DNA of 63,928 bases, filler included, from Octopus bimaculoides (GCF_001194135.2; 5 parts of 5 records of this genome joined end to end with filler, not necessarily neighbours in it), one strand, 5' to 3'. Positions 40,901-53,050 are shown, counted from the first letter of the whole stretch. The notes: generated from the sequence alone by a model not told the origin. Numbers and translations are program-made.

Positions 40901-41520
40901 GAAGTTTTTGCTAGGATACACCATTCTAAACTATAGTTGACTTTTTTGTCTTTTAATTCCCAGATGTAGCTGCTAAGTCCTGTAGAGTTTGCTTTACTTC
41001 TATTTCTAAAGGGTAGATTGGTGGGAATTGTATCTAAGTATCATTTCATTTTTCATGGCTCCTATATAAGATTTAGTATGGTTATATACACATGTATATG
41101 TATACAAGTGTGTGTGTGTGTATGTGTATAGTAATAATAATAATCCATAGATAGAATTTATAAATATTTTAATGTATATGTATGCATGTATGTATGTCTG
41201 TATGTGTATGTACGTCTATATATGTATGTATGTGTGTATATATGTATATATATATATCATGCCACCATGGAAAGTGGACGTTAAACAATGATATATATGT
41301 GTATACATGTATGTATGTATGTGTGTGTATCATGCCGGCATGGAAGGTGGACATTAAATGACGAGGATATATATAGGTTTATATATGTATGTATGTGTGT
41401 GTGCATGTATAAATATACACACACACACACACACGCAAACACACACACACACATTCATATATACTTATATATGCACTATTCATATATACTTAAATATGTA
41501 TATTTCATTTATATTTTCAG

Positions 41521-41564
41521 GGCAGGAAACTTGATTTTCAGATGTTTTCTAATTTTATTTTAAG
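41521..41564 (+). other. Candidate 44-nt non-coding 5'UTR exon of RNF34
   Basis: Preceded by a pyrimidine-rich acceptor (tatttcatttatattttcag) and followed by AAG/GTAAGA. Based on splice signals only; no transcript evidence. Confidence 0.35.
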
Positions 41565-42278
41565 GTAAGAAATAATATTTTTGATTTGAATTTAATAACT
41601 GGGATATTTTTCTCTTTTTTTTTTTTTATGAAATAGAGTGATAAAAATTTCTAGTGAAGTTGAATTATTCTAATCCTTAGTAATACCACATTCTATATGG
41701 CACATATTCTAAAACGGCAATGCTGCATGTATCTCAAGAACACAGGTACACCATGTGGTGCAGTACAAGCCTTTAGAACCATGATGGTGATGATGACAAT
41801 CAGATATTGTTGGAGTGGGCTTAGTCATTTACATTGTACCTAAATTATAAGTTTCTGATTTAGGTACAAGGTCAGTAATTTTGATTGTGGGAAGGCTGAT
41901 GTCATCAACCCCAGTATTTGATTGATACTGATTTTATCAATTCCAGAGAGTTGCAAGGCTAAATTGACCTCAGATTTGAACTAACAATGTAAAGAACTAG
42001 TAACATTGAAAGCTATTTTGCCCAGTATTCTGGTGATTCTGCTTGTAATAGTAATATTCAATGAGGTTCAGCAATATAACTAGTTCTATTAAGTTGTTGG
42101 TCAGCTAGTATATGGGTCATACATAAGTTTATATCTGTTATGAGAGTTTAGTCAGGCTTGTCAGTTGTTTTTTAATTTAATGTGCGTTAGATGAGTAAGC
42201 ATGTTATTTCACCTGGTGTTGCCAGTAGATATCAAGATTTGTAGGAGTGCTATTTGCAGTTGACAAACTTTTTATTTT

Positions 42279-42496
42279 TATATATTTTTTTTAAACAGTA
42301 AGATATTCGTATCTTAGCCAATTAACACCTACATCTAGAGGTAAGTGCTGGCTGTAAATAAGACAGCATAACTGATTCTTCCTACATATATATTTTTTTT
42401 AAACAGTAAGATATTTGTATCTTAGCCAATTAACACCTACATCTAGAGGTAAGTGCTGGCTGTAAATAAGACAGCATAACTGATTCTTCCTACATA
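42279..42496 (+). repeat. 108-bp direct tandem duplication
   Basis: aaacagtaag...cctacata occurs at 42293 and 42401. The only difference seen outside the T-run is atattCGtatc versus atattTGtatc. Confidence 0.92.
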
Positions 42497-42658
42497 AAAA
42501 TGTAATAGTGTTAAACCTTTTGTGACCATATTTCTAACAAAAGTACATTTTACCTTTGTATTTTAATTTTCAAAATAATCAGCAATTATGGAAAGTTTGG
42601 TGAAACAACATGATTTACTAAAGGATAAATTTTTATATGTTGATATCTCATGATAGTA

Positions 42659-42886
42659 TTGGGTTGTCCGGAAAGTTCGTGCTGATTTATAGTAGCTTAC
42701 CTTTTGATTTATTTGCCATGAAACCACCTCAATTCTGGGAAGAGGGTATTTTCAAGTTAAAGGAAAGATGGAGACGCATTGTGCACGAAAATGGTTCATA
42801 TTTGGTTGATTAAAAATGTAATGGCAAGTATTTATTGACCTTTTTCTTTCCTTTAAAAATCAGCACGAACTTTCCAGACAACCCAA
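42659..42886 (+). mobile_element. 228-bp mariner-derived MITE
   Basis: 30-bp TIRs (TTGGGTTGTCCGGAAAGTTCGTGCTGATTT, 1 mismatch), TA duplicated at 42657-58 and 42887-88, internal remnant FWEEGIFKLKERWRRIVHENGSYLVD*. Confidence 0.92.
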
Positions 42887-43059
42887 TATTTTATTCCAAG
42901 ATCTCTATTTTATTTTCAACTCTCAGAGCAGTTCCAGCCAGGATGATGTTCAATGGCTTACATATATAAATTTCATGTTTAAGCAGCTGGACAATCAAGG
43001 ATAGTCCTTGAGAAGTTAAAAACATCTGGTGAAGTAGTATGCATTAGGCATATATGTAG

Positions 43060-43480
43060 TCATTCAGGTTTTACAGGAAGGGGTTATTCCTAAGGACAAA
43101 CATAGCAGAATTATCATCAACCTCTTAGAAGGACAAAGGGAATGTTCAAGAAAGAAGCAACTACACAGAAGCATTAAATTGATGGACCAAGTTATGAAAG
43201 TAATAGAAAAACTTATAGCATAAACTAATTAGGAAGAAAATTAGTTTAGATGAGATGTACTTTGGATTTATGTGACATGCTCTCTTCTTTATGTGACAAC
43301 TATAGAAGTGCTTACCAAAGTACAAATCATATATTTTGTGTTCATTGACCTGGAGGAAGGCTTTTGACTGACTACCACACTTTATAATCTACTGGTTACT
43401 AAGAAAACTAGATGAAGATAGATAGCCCACAAACTATGCAGGCCATGTCAGCAATGTAAGAATGAACGAGGAGTTCAGTG
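43060..43480 (+). mobile_element. RTE-clade RT fragment
   Basis: Fragments VLQEGVIP, SIKLMDQVMKVIEK, ISLDEMYFGFM, FIDLEE.F and LLRKL are collinear with RT domains 0-3. Confidence 0.7.
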
Positions 43481-43739
43481 AGGAATTTACTGCCTGCTAT
43501 AGATGATTGAGGTAAATGTGTCTTCAGTATCTTTGCTAATGACATTGTGAGGGTAAATATTTAGCAAGAGGTTTTGGAATCATTATCACCGTCATTGTTT
43601 TTATATTTGCTCTTCCGTGCTGTTATGGGTTCACCAAGATATTTTGAAGCAGTTTTTGCAAATGGATGCTCTTCTTACTACGACTCATTCCTTTTAGTCA
43701 TCTCTTACAATACACAGCGATACAGAGTAATCCATTCTA

Positions 43740-44454
43740 AAAACTCGGATACATCCAGTTAGCATGGATGCTAATGTGTGACTTTAAACCAACAAGGTGA
43801 CCAACCCTGGTAATGTCTCTTCCATTACCTTCAGACACAGTGTCACATAACTAGCCACTTTCCTCACCAAACTCCTGATCTTCCTTTCTCAACATGGACC
43901 AGTCCAGATCTCATGCTAGTGTGCCTGCCCCATTCAAAAGAACAACTCTTTCTAACTCTGAACACTATTGGCCTATCACACTCACTTCCAACTTCTTAAC
44001 AATTACCAGTACAGCTTTAGTATATCTAAATCTATTTGTGAGGGTGCTGTTTTCATTTGTCACTCAACAATGTTCCCTTGCATTTGAGAAATTTGCTGAA
44101 AGCAATGTCATAACACTTGACATCAAAACATTTGATCATGTCTGACATTGAGAACTTCTTAATAAGTTGCCTGTCAATGATTCCATCCATCTCACTTCTC
44201 AATTGGAAGTCTACTATCAGATTACACCACTACATGTATTGAATGAGGTTATCTCTGTCTCAAACTCTGGTGTGCTCCAAGGCTCAGTTATGTCCTCCTG
44301 ACTCTGCCTTTTGTACATTAATAACTTCTTGCTATAACCTTCAATAATGTTCCTGCCTTAACATTCCACATACAGATGTCATCTGCATGTAGTCTAGGCT
44401 TCCTATATATCCACCCTTTTTTTTGTACTTCCCTCTCTCTCTCTCTCTCTCCCT

Positions 44455-44485
<31 letters not shown>

Positions 44486-45800
44486 TAGGGTAACCATTTG
44501 CCTCCTCTACAACAATACATCTGTTTCTGTCTCTCTTTCATTATCTGATACTAAATCACCTCCTCTAATGTCCTCTCACCTCTCAAAGGTTCTTTGTCTT
44601 GCAAGTTACTTGGTGATCCCACCTGTGCTGGTGCCACATAAAAAAGCATCCAGTCCACACTGTAAAGTGGCTGGCATTTGGAAGGGCATCCAGCTGTAAA
44701 AACCATGCCAAAACTGACCCTACCTGTGCTAGTGCCACATAAAATATACTCAGCGCACTCTGTGGGGTGGTTGATGTTAAGAAGGGCGTCCAGCTGTAAA
44801 AGCTGTGCCAAAACAGATACAAAAGTCTGGTGTAGTCTTTTGCCTGGTCAGTTTCTATCAACCCGTCTGACCCATGCCATCCTGGAAGGTGGACGTTAAA
44901 CGATGGTGATGAGAGACTGTGAAACATCATCATCTGCTTCAGCAGCACAAAGGTATAATCTCAGGAATCATCCTTAGACCTACTTTGTCTACACACAATT
45001 AAAGTCCAACACATCATCCAAACATAGTCGATGCCAGCCCCCTCTGGCTCCTGTGCTGGTGGCACATAAAAACACCATCCAAATGTGGTCGATGCCAGCC
45101 CCCTCTGGCCTCTGTGCCGGTGGCATGTAAAAGCACCCACTACACTCTCGGAGTGGTTGGCGTTAGGAAGGGCATCCAGCTGTAGAAACACTACCAGATC
45201 AGATTGGAGCCTGATGCAGCCTCCTGGCTTCCCAGACCCCAGTCAAACCGTCCAACCCATGCCAGCATGGAAAACGGACGTTAAACAATGATGATGACAC
45301 AAAGTCCTTAAACTTGCTATAGAATGCTGAGCCTCTCAATTTCTGATGATCCTTCCTGATGCCCTCACATAATACAGTTAAATCTGTGTCCCCAAAAAAC
45401 TAGCCTTTTTCTTCAAGGCTGAAAAATATCTTTGGTTTGGTCAACTATTAAATTTCTACAAAGTTCAACTGAGACCAACTATAGAGTACTGATCCCATAT
45501 TTGGAACAAAAGAATACAACTTCTACATTTGAGACAGTACTGCAGTCATCAACCTGACCCATAGGAGAGTACTCCCCAAGGACAGTACTGCAGTGGTCAA
45601 CTTGGCCAACATTAGAGTACTGTCCCACCTCTGGGGCAGCACAGCAGTGAAAAACCTGACCCAAAATATGGTAGTGCCTCCACATTTAGGACAGCATTGC
45701 AATTATGATCTTGACCGATAACAGAGTGCTGCTCCCACTATTATGATAGTATTATTAAAGCTGAATGTCTACTGCATTGATCTCACATATCTTGGAAGAT
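43740..45800 (+). mobile_element. CR1/L2/Jockey-group LINE RT remnant interrupted by SINE copies
   Basis: EHYWPITLTS, ITLDIKTFDHV and NSGVLQGSVMS...LYINN (43900-44340), resuming at 45330 with KLAFFFK...YKVQLRPTIEY*SHIW. Confidence 0.65.
44610..45297 (+). mobile_element. Two family D SINE-like copies (about 44610-44915 and 45010-45297) with internally repeated modules
   Basis: Each ends in ggacgttaaac(g/a)atg(gt)gatga. Repeated modules include ctgtgctggtg(c)cacataaaa and gtcgatgccagccccctctggc. Confidence 0.8.
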
Positions 45801-46137
45801 TCACTAAGATTATGGGCCCTTCAGACTAAAACATTAAAAATGACTTCTCACTTGTGACACAAATTTATAACTTCTGACCTGTAGATTAACTAGTGACAGA
45901 GGTTGTATATTATTGTTCTTCTATACATGTATGTGTGTGTTTATAAATAAGTCATTTGTCTAACATAAATATGTGATTCACATGTAATATAATGTTATCC
46001 TTTTGACATTCTTGTTTTTTACTTTTATATTTCAGATTATCATCATATCAGAATCTATTCAGTTAAATATTTTTTTGTAAAGCTGACATTCCAACTTGCT
46101 GCAACGTGTCACCTATTATTTGTATCTTAACTTGTAT

Positions 46138-46311
46138 ATGGGGGCTGGTGTTGTGAAGGCTGAAGGGAGGGGGAGGCAACCTTCTAATTTATCTCCAAGT
46201 TATTTTTCACCAAGCCATCCACCCAGAACTGATGCAGCAGCTGTTTTAAGTAACCAGCCTGGAATGTCTTGTGAGTCCTGTACTGCTCAGTTCAATACAT
46301 TTAAGAGAAAG
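46138..46311 (+). CDS. RNF34: RNF34/RFFL coding exon 1 (start codon, first half of FYVE-like finger)
   Basis: ATG at 46138 with in-frame stops upstream (TAA 46078-46080). Encodes [10 protein letters not shown]...[16 protein letters not shown]. Donor AAG/GTTTGT at 46312. Acceptor tttcag at 46034-46035 puts the exon start at 46036 (102 nt of 5'UTR). Confidence 0.88.
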
Positions 46312-49300
46312 GTTTGTTACAATTGAATTTATATTTTAATTTTCCTGTCTGTCTTTCATAAATAAATAGCTGTTTAGAAAAATACTCATCTAGTCTAAAT
46401 ATTTGTAGTGAAAATATTTTCTTCTTTCATATAAGACTGTCTTGTCTGGAAATCAAATTGTTGCTATGTAGTTCCTAAACAAGCAGGTCTTTGATGATCA
46501 AAAGCATTTTAGTTTTGATCATCCTATCTTTGCATATCTAGGGTGACATTATCCAATATGCTTTTCCAATGTTCAGATAGTACGGATGTGATTTGAGGGA
46601 GGTTTGACTGTTATTTCTAGCTGGTCAAGCAATCATATAGAAGCGTCATCATTGGCTCGTGTTGTACCAATGATCAGGATGTGTGTGTATATGAGTTACT
46701 GCAATGAGTACCATAGAATAGAATATAGACTAAGATTAGATCTAGATTTAAGTCCTGATTGTAGCTATTTCACTTACTTTCTGAGACTAATTTCAGTAGG
46801 GTTGTTTGTCCACTGTCTAGTGCTTTGGATCCCAGTCAGTCAGCTGATTCCATTTATTACATGTGTGAATGATTAGAAGATGATAGAGAAGAGACGAGGG
46901 ACAATCAATAAAATATTAACTAATATATGATTTTAATTTGTTGGTTTTATGTTTCAATGTTATCTGCTGATAACTAATTATGGTGCCAATTCATTTTAAT
47001 GTAGAAAACCTGTTGCCACTGTGGTCGATATTTCTGCTCATCTTGCTGCCAGCGACAATGGAACACTATACAGCCTGTTCGGCAGTGTCATAAGTGTCAG
47101 ATTTTAGCTTCTGGAAATTTTACTCGCAGTGACTTGATGCAGTGGAAAATCAAAGATTTACAAGTGTTTCTCAATAAGAAAAACATATCTACAAACACCT
47201 GTACCGAAAAATATGATTTGGTTGAATTACTTGTGTGTCATTTTGGTCAGGAAACTTACCAACCACCACATACATACTTCCGATATCAAGTAAGTATTTT
47301 ACTGTGTTTTAACATTAGTTGTTCTTGACATTTTTACTTGTTGGGCCTAGATGAGGCAGCAGTGCTTGTGGCCTTCGCAGGCCCTCTCCCAGGCAAGTGA
47401 GATTGATGTCATTAATGTTCTTGAACCTTTGTAAACCAACACTTGAGGGAAAGATATGAACAGGAAGGAAATTCCAAGTGCTGATGTTCTGAGAAGGAAG
47501 CACTGGGTATAATGATTAGTTTGGAGTCTGGGGTGGGGGTTGACACAACACAAGTGATGAAAGGCAAGGTAAGTGGAATGAGAATTCTTTTAGTTAGAAT
47601 TATAATCACTGTAAACTAAATTTGTAGACTTTAATGCTCAGTAAAATCAACTTGTGAAATGTTTATGAATAGTAATCGATAGGGTTTATATCTTCTAAAT
47701 TTAAAATGTGTTGAAGTTTCATTATCGAAAAGATGTTAATCGATGATGACGATGAACTGTTCAATATTCTTGATATTTTCATAAATGTTGTCATTTTGAA
47801 CCAAGAATACTTAACATCTCTATAATGGAAGTGAGTGTTAGTCTTACTCTCTTCTGCCTGACTTTCCTTGTAGAACACAGCCTCATTTCTCTCATATCTG
47901 GTTTATCTTCACTACAACACATTCACATTTCTCTCCTTCCTGAATTATCTTCATTATACCACAACTGCATTTCTTTCTTCTATTAAAATATTTAACATTG
48001 AAATTTATTATTTTTTTTTTTTGTGTTTGTAGCTTGATATGGAATCAGATGAAGGGCGTGTTCATCCTCGAATCTCTTCTAATGGAGTTGAAGATTCTGC
48101 CGAGGAAGAATCGCAAGAGGGAGGCAGCATGCATATCTACACATCACACAGTCGTAACAATCACACCAGTGAGGGATTAAGTAGTAGCGCTACATTGATA
48201 ACACAATCTTGGGATAACAGTCAGGGAAGTCGATTGCCATTAAGATCAACCAACGATACTGCACAGGTAATGGGTTTTTCATTATATTGGTAAGAAAGAG
48301 TGACTGTAATGGCTGGACATAGAAAAAGTCAATGTTAAAAGAGAATGATGAACATCAGAAATGAGCTACCAGGGAAAGAGGATCTAATGATTAGCAGTAC
48401 AGTAAGGGAACATTTTCTGGTGAAAGAAAGATCATGACAGTTACATAAGAGTAATTAGTAAGAATGCATGCAGAATAAACTTCAAATGTTCGGCAGCCTC
48501 GTTAAAAGTAACTTATCAGGTAACCTAATTAGAAGCGGAGGTAGATGTACTGAAAATGTAGCCAGAATAAGAATGGGGTGGTAAATGATCAATGAGTTAA
48601 TACTTCTGATGACAACAAAGGACATCTCTGAGAGATTAAAAGGGAGATTGTATGATTCTTGTGTATGAAGTGTGCCCTAGTGGTGGATCTCCAGCTCAAG
48701 AGTTTAGGTATCTTGGTGGATATGGGGTTACTAATTAGTCACCACTACTCCTAGGTCTGCTGTGGCTCAGTGTGGTAGTGCCTGTCAAGGGCTTTAATAC
48801 AAGTCAAATAGCAGATGGTCTTTGGCTAAGGCATACTGGTGAGATGGTCCTTGGCTAAGGTATACTGGTGAGATGGTCCTTGGCTAAGGCATACAAGATG
48901 GTCTTATATCACATAGGCCCAACAGTGTGTAGAAATATCTTGGTGTCAAGTGAACCAGCCCTCATGCCTAAGGATTTCAAAGCCACTGTGTCTCAAGGAT
49001 AAGCTTGGGAGAGCAGAAGATTAGCAGAGTAAACTGTAAAAATAAACTAACAGAAGGTAATGGGAAATTACTGTTGTATCTTTCCAAAAAGAAAAAGAAA
49101 CTATGAATCTTCAGACTTATTCTAGTTTGAGTGAATTGAGTGATTTGACTCAACTTAAATGAGAAGTGATAATCCTTGTTTATTAGAGCTTCATGTTTTA
49201 GAGTAAGGCTAATAATATCATTGTCATTTTTACATACATTTTTTCATACTTGTATAGGTTGTATGAATACTTTCCAACACAGCATTTTGCCTCTTGCTAT

Positions 49301-52300
49301 GCTATCTCCTTTGTGAAGTTTTGAATCATGGGAGGAGCTTCCACCACTTCTGCTCATGTCTTCCTTGGTCTTCTCCTGCTACATATGTGTTTTATTTAGA
49401 TCTCCTGAAACTTATTTACTCAACTTTCCTCCTCTATACACATTATGTGTCTGTACCAACATGATCATCTATCTTGCATCTATTCCCTGTTATAAACCCA
49501 GTTTTTCTCACAAATTACCCTGTGCCTTGTTGATGAATGCTAAAATTACATATCTAATAGAGCACACTCACACATTTTTCCTATTTAGTCCCCCTGTCTT
49601 ACTACCATGCAATGTTGCACTTTATACACTAGCATTATACAATCTGCCTTCCACTCAGAGAGAGAGAAACTCTTTGTTGTCAGCAGAAGTAATAGCTCCC
49701 TTAACTTTTTTTCATCTTGTCCTTAATCTTGTCATTATGTTTTCAGAGCATGCTCTGCTATTTTTCTTTAGGTCAGATAACAGAAGCTGTCAACCACTTC
49801 CACTTATATGGAAACTCTCAAAGCATTAGAAAGATAATGGCTTTCTACTTACCCCTTTTCTGCATGTTGAGTACAGACATTTCTCTTGGTAGCCAGCTCC
49901 TGTCTTATCTCTTTTTTTATCAAAACTTCAGTTTTTACTAAGTTTACTCTGAAGTTTTGTGATTTTAGGTTTTGTTTCCATATCTGGAATTTCTTCACTA
50001 ATTCTTCAACAAACCTATAGAAACTTGGTCATCAGTATACAAGAATTCCTGCAAACTGCCATTCTAAACCCTTTAGCATTTAAACTGGCCATATCTGGCC
50101 CAAATATTCTATCTATTTAATGTTCAAACCAGCCAGATCTAGCCTCTTACACCTACCTTACTATGTCTGTCTGCTTGATTAATTCAAAACGATGTGAAAT
50201 AACTAAGCATTACATTTGACAGAGTAATCTGATTGCTAAGTGGTTAAACTGTTCTGTCTTCCGTTACAAAGACCATCAGACTATACAAGAGGGTGCTGAA
50301 AAGTTTGTGGCTTTAAGGGTATTGTGAAAGGCCTGGTTGGAGACCCAACCTTCCGGGTTCTTTTACTGGGCTTAGAAAAACTGATGGACCACTGCAATAA
50401 GTGTGTGAATTTGAGAGGGAAATATGTTGAATAAAATCATAATTTATTGATTCTACTGTAGTTTCTTTTACCTAAAGTCAGTAACTTTTCAGCACCCCCT
50501 TGTAGAGCGTGGTACTCTGTCAGAGGTCTTCTTCAGATTGGTAAATCAAAACTGCAACTCTTGAAAATTCTAACTTTGCTTATATTGTTGTTGTAGTTGA
50601 GCTGTGAATGAGTAAAACTATTCCAGCTCCAGTTACTCTGTATTTATATTATACCATGCATTTCATCATCTTTGTTTTTACATCCACTTGTCCATGCTTG
50701 CATGGGTCAGATGAAACTTATTTGAGACAGACTTTTCTACAACTGACCTTTGTCTGTTTCCATGCAAGGTAATATTTCCCCTACACCTTCCCATAAAAAC
50801 ATGTACATGTATAGTGTTGTTGGTACAAACAGGTTATTTAGAACTCAATACACAAAGTAGAGCATATCATCATCATCATCGTTTAACGTCCGCTTTCCAT
50901 GCTAGCATGGGTTGGACGACTTCTTTATTAGCTACAAAGCCACACAAGTGGCCCAAGGCCCCAGATTATCTTGCACCAGAAAATATTAAGAAACATCTGT
51001 TTCTTAATATTATCTAAATTAATTCCCAGTATATGTTCATGTAACATATATGAACTTGTTTTCTCATTTCTTACCTGTTGTATTTTTCATTAGAATCTGT
51101 TGGCTAAAAACCAATCAAACACAGATTCATAATTATTTAAATTTTTGTTGCAGAGTTCCAGCCTCCCATGTTTTTCACCGTCCAAACCTGCATATATTAA
51201 TCTTAACACCATTGACAATATAGAAGCAGTTGCTAACTTGACTGTCAAAGAATTAAAAGAAATACTTTCGTTTCATTTTGTTGACTATAAGGGGTGTGTA
51301 GAAAAATGGGAACTTTTAGACAGAGTTCGGAGATTATGGGAAGCTCAGAGACAACAGAAAAAAGGTAATCACAGTTAAATTTTTTAATGATTTTTTTATG
51401 ATTGAATACTATATGTGGATTTTATTCTGTAAACTTGTGGGATTTGAATTTGTATATATATATATGTATGTATAAGACTATATATATACTTTTAGAAATG
51501 AAAATAAGTTTAAAAATGAACGAATACCCATCAATGCTTTGTCTTTGTCTGAAATAGGTGGTTGGCTGTGTGTGAAGCCAACCACCTATTTTTCTTTATC
51601 AATTCATGTATGATGAATTATCTTTTACCTATTTCAGTTATTGGATTGTGCCCATGCTGGAGTACCATCTAGCTTGGTTTAGTCAGACAAATTAACCCCA
51701 GTACTTATGTGTTTAAGTCTGGTACTTAGTCTGTCGGTCTCTTTTGTTAAACTTCTAAGTTAACACAGCAACACTGGTTGTCAAGTGGTAGTAGGTGGGG
51801 TGACAAACACAAAGACATGCAGACACACACATGATGGGCTTCCACACAGTTTCTGTTTACCAAGTCCACTCACATGGCGTTGGTTTGCCCGAGACTTGCC
51901 CAAGGTGCTGTGCTGTGGGACCGAACCTGAAACCACATAACCATGCTTGCACAGACATTTTTATCGATATGTATAATATATGGCACACACATTACAGCGT
52001 ATTTGAGCATACCAGCTAGCTGGTAGAATCATTAGAGCTGGAACATATCCTGACAGTTTCCTTTGCTGAACTGCTAAGTTACAGGGACACAAACGAACCA
52101 ACACCAGTTGTCACACAGTGCTGGTGTGACAAACACAAATACACACATAATATATGAAAGACTTCTTTCAGTTTCCACCCACTCTAAAAGCTTTGGTTGG
52201 CTCAAGGCTACAGTAGAAGGTACTTGCCTAAGGTGCCATATGTGGGAATGAAACTAAAACCATGTGGTTGGGAAGCAAACTGCTTACCACACAGCTATAC

Positions 52301-53050
52301 CTGTCAACAGATGTGACTGTTTGCTACTCAGCTACAAAAGGTGACATCTCCATTTGAAGCTGAGCTCCATGCAAATTGTAAACATTCCTACAGACTGCTT
52401 CCTGAAGTTTTATATTATTTCATAATTAGCATTTTAATTCCAGCTTTCCATTTTATGGTCTGTTCTTCTATCTTTTCTCTATAAATTTTCGAATTTGTTG
52501 TATTCTTTAACACATTTTCAAGCTAATCCTTAGTTTGCTGTCATTACTACCTCGAAACTTCTTTGCTTTCAATTTTTCTATGTAGTAGATTTTCTTTTCT
52601 TTTGATTCCGTTATAATTTTTGAAGATGAACATAAAGTTTACGGATGCTTCTAAAACTGAATGCTGCTTATTACTTTCTATGTTCCTTTTCTTGAAAACA
52701 AAGCTCTGTTCACCTCTTAAACTATATAATATTTACTTTATAACTCTATTTCCAAAGATTTATTTTACAATAGCTTCAATAGTAAAATAGAAAAGTATTT
52801 AAAAAAGCAAAACCTAAATATTTCATTTCAGTTAGTTAACTCTTTTTGTAAATAATTATATTTTTCAGACCCAGATTCTCCAGTTTTAAATGATGATGAA
52901 ATGTGCAAGATTTGCATGGATTCCCCAATAGACTGTGTCCTTTTGGAGTGTGGTCATATGGTGTCCTGCACTCAGTGTGGCCGTAAACTTAATGAATGTC
53001 CAATATGCCGACAGTACGTAGTACGTGCAGTGCATATATTCAAAGCCTAA
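46138..53050 (+). CDS. RNF34: E3 ubiquitin-protein ligase RNF34/RFFL-like (CARP family), spliced CDS join(46138..46311,47005..47289,48033..48266,51154..51364,52869..53050), 1086 nt, 361 aa
   Basis: The five exons join in frame across GT-AG introns (phases 0,0,0,1; lengths 693, 743, 2887, 1504). Domain order is FYVE-like Cys finger, SAP-like segments, then the [52 protein letters not shown], which closely matches the RNF34/RFFL C-terminus as I recall it. RNF34 and RFFL are vertebrate paralogues, so this is likely their shared co-orthologue. Confidence 0.96.
47005..47289 (+). CDS. RNF34: RNF34/RFFL coding exon 2 (FYVE-like finger plus first SAP-like segment)
   Basis: Acceptor ttttaatgtag. Encodes [81 protein letters not shown]... 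Donor CAA/GTAAGT. Confidence 0.95.
48033..48266 (+). CDS. RNF34: RNF34/RFFL coding exon 3 (acidic/Ser-rich linker)
   Basis: Long poly-T tract plus gtag acceptor; open 78-codon frame [31 protein letters not shown]...NDTAQ; donor CAG/GTAATG. Phase 0-0 fits both neighbours. Confidence 0.85.
48440..48680 (+). mobile_element. RTE RT C-terminal fragment in intron 3
   Basis: ARIRMGW*...[12 protein letters not shown] motif. Confidence 0.6.
48813..48905 (+). repeat. 29-bp tandem repeat, three units plus a partial
   Basis: agatggtc(c/t)ttggctaagg(c/t)atactggtg starting at 48813, 48842 and 48871. Confidence 0.9.
50065..50247. mobile_element. TTAA-ended MITE (piggyBac-like termini), internally deleted
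   Basis: Ends taaaccctttagcatt ... tgctaagtggttaa. Same family as 56523-57125 in the opposite orientation. Confidence 0.6.
50286..50502 (+). mobile_element. 217-bp mariner-derived MITE in intron 3
   Basis: 20-bp TIRs CAAG(A/G)GGGTGCTGAAAAGTT, TA at 50284-85 and 50503-04, internal remnant [21 protein letters not shown]. Confidence 0.9.
51154..51364 (+). CDS. RNF34: RNF34/RFFL coding exon 4 (second SAP-like segment)
   Basis: Acceptor tttttgttgcag. Encodes ...[39 protein letters not shown], the family motif L(T/S)VKxLKEIL...VxYxGCxEKWEL. Phase-1 donor AAG/GTAATC. Confidence 0.95.
51620..52305 (-). mobile_element. Two decayed SINE family A copies in intron 4 (about 51620-51950 and 52040-52305)
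   Basis: Match 56630-56998 (ccactc...aagg, gcc(c/t)aaggtgc, accatgtggttgggaagc). Confidence 0.7.
52869..53050 (+). CDS. RNF34: RNF34/RFFL terminal coding exon (C3HC4 RING)
   Basis: Acceptor tttttcag. The split codon G+AC gives Asp, then [59 protein letters not shown] and stop TAA at 53048-53050. Confidence 0.97.

Noticed and set aside
48813-48905. Regular 29-bp repeats superficially like a CRISPR array
   Set aside because: The units are contiguous with no spacers, there are no cas genes, and the context is a eukaryotic intron.
49356-49941. 157-aa and 74-aa ORFs in intron 3
   Set aside because: Pyrimidine-rich and low in information, with no motif and no suitable splice sites; not needed to complete the RNF34 frame.
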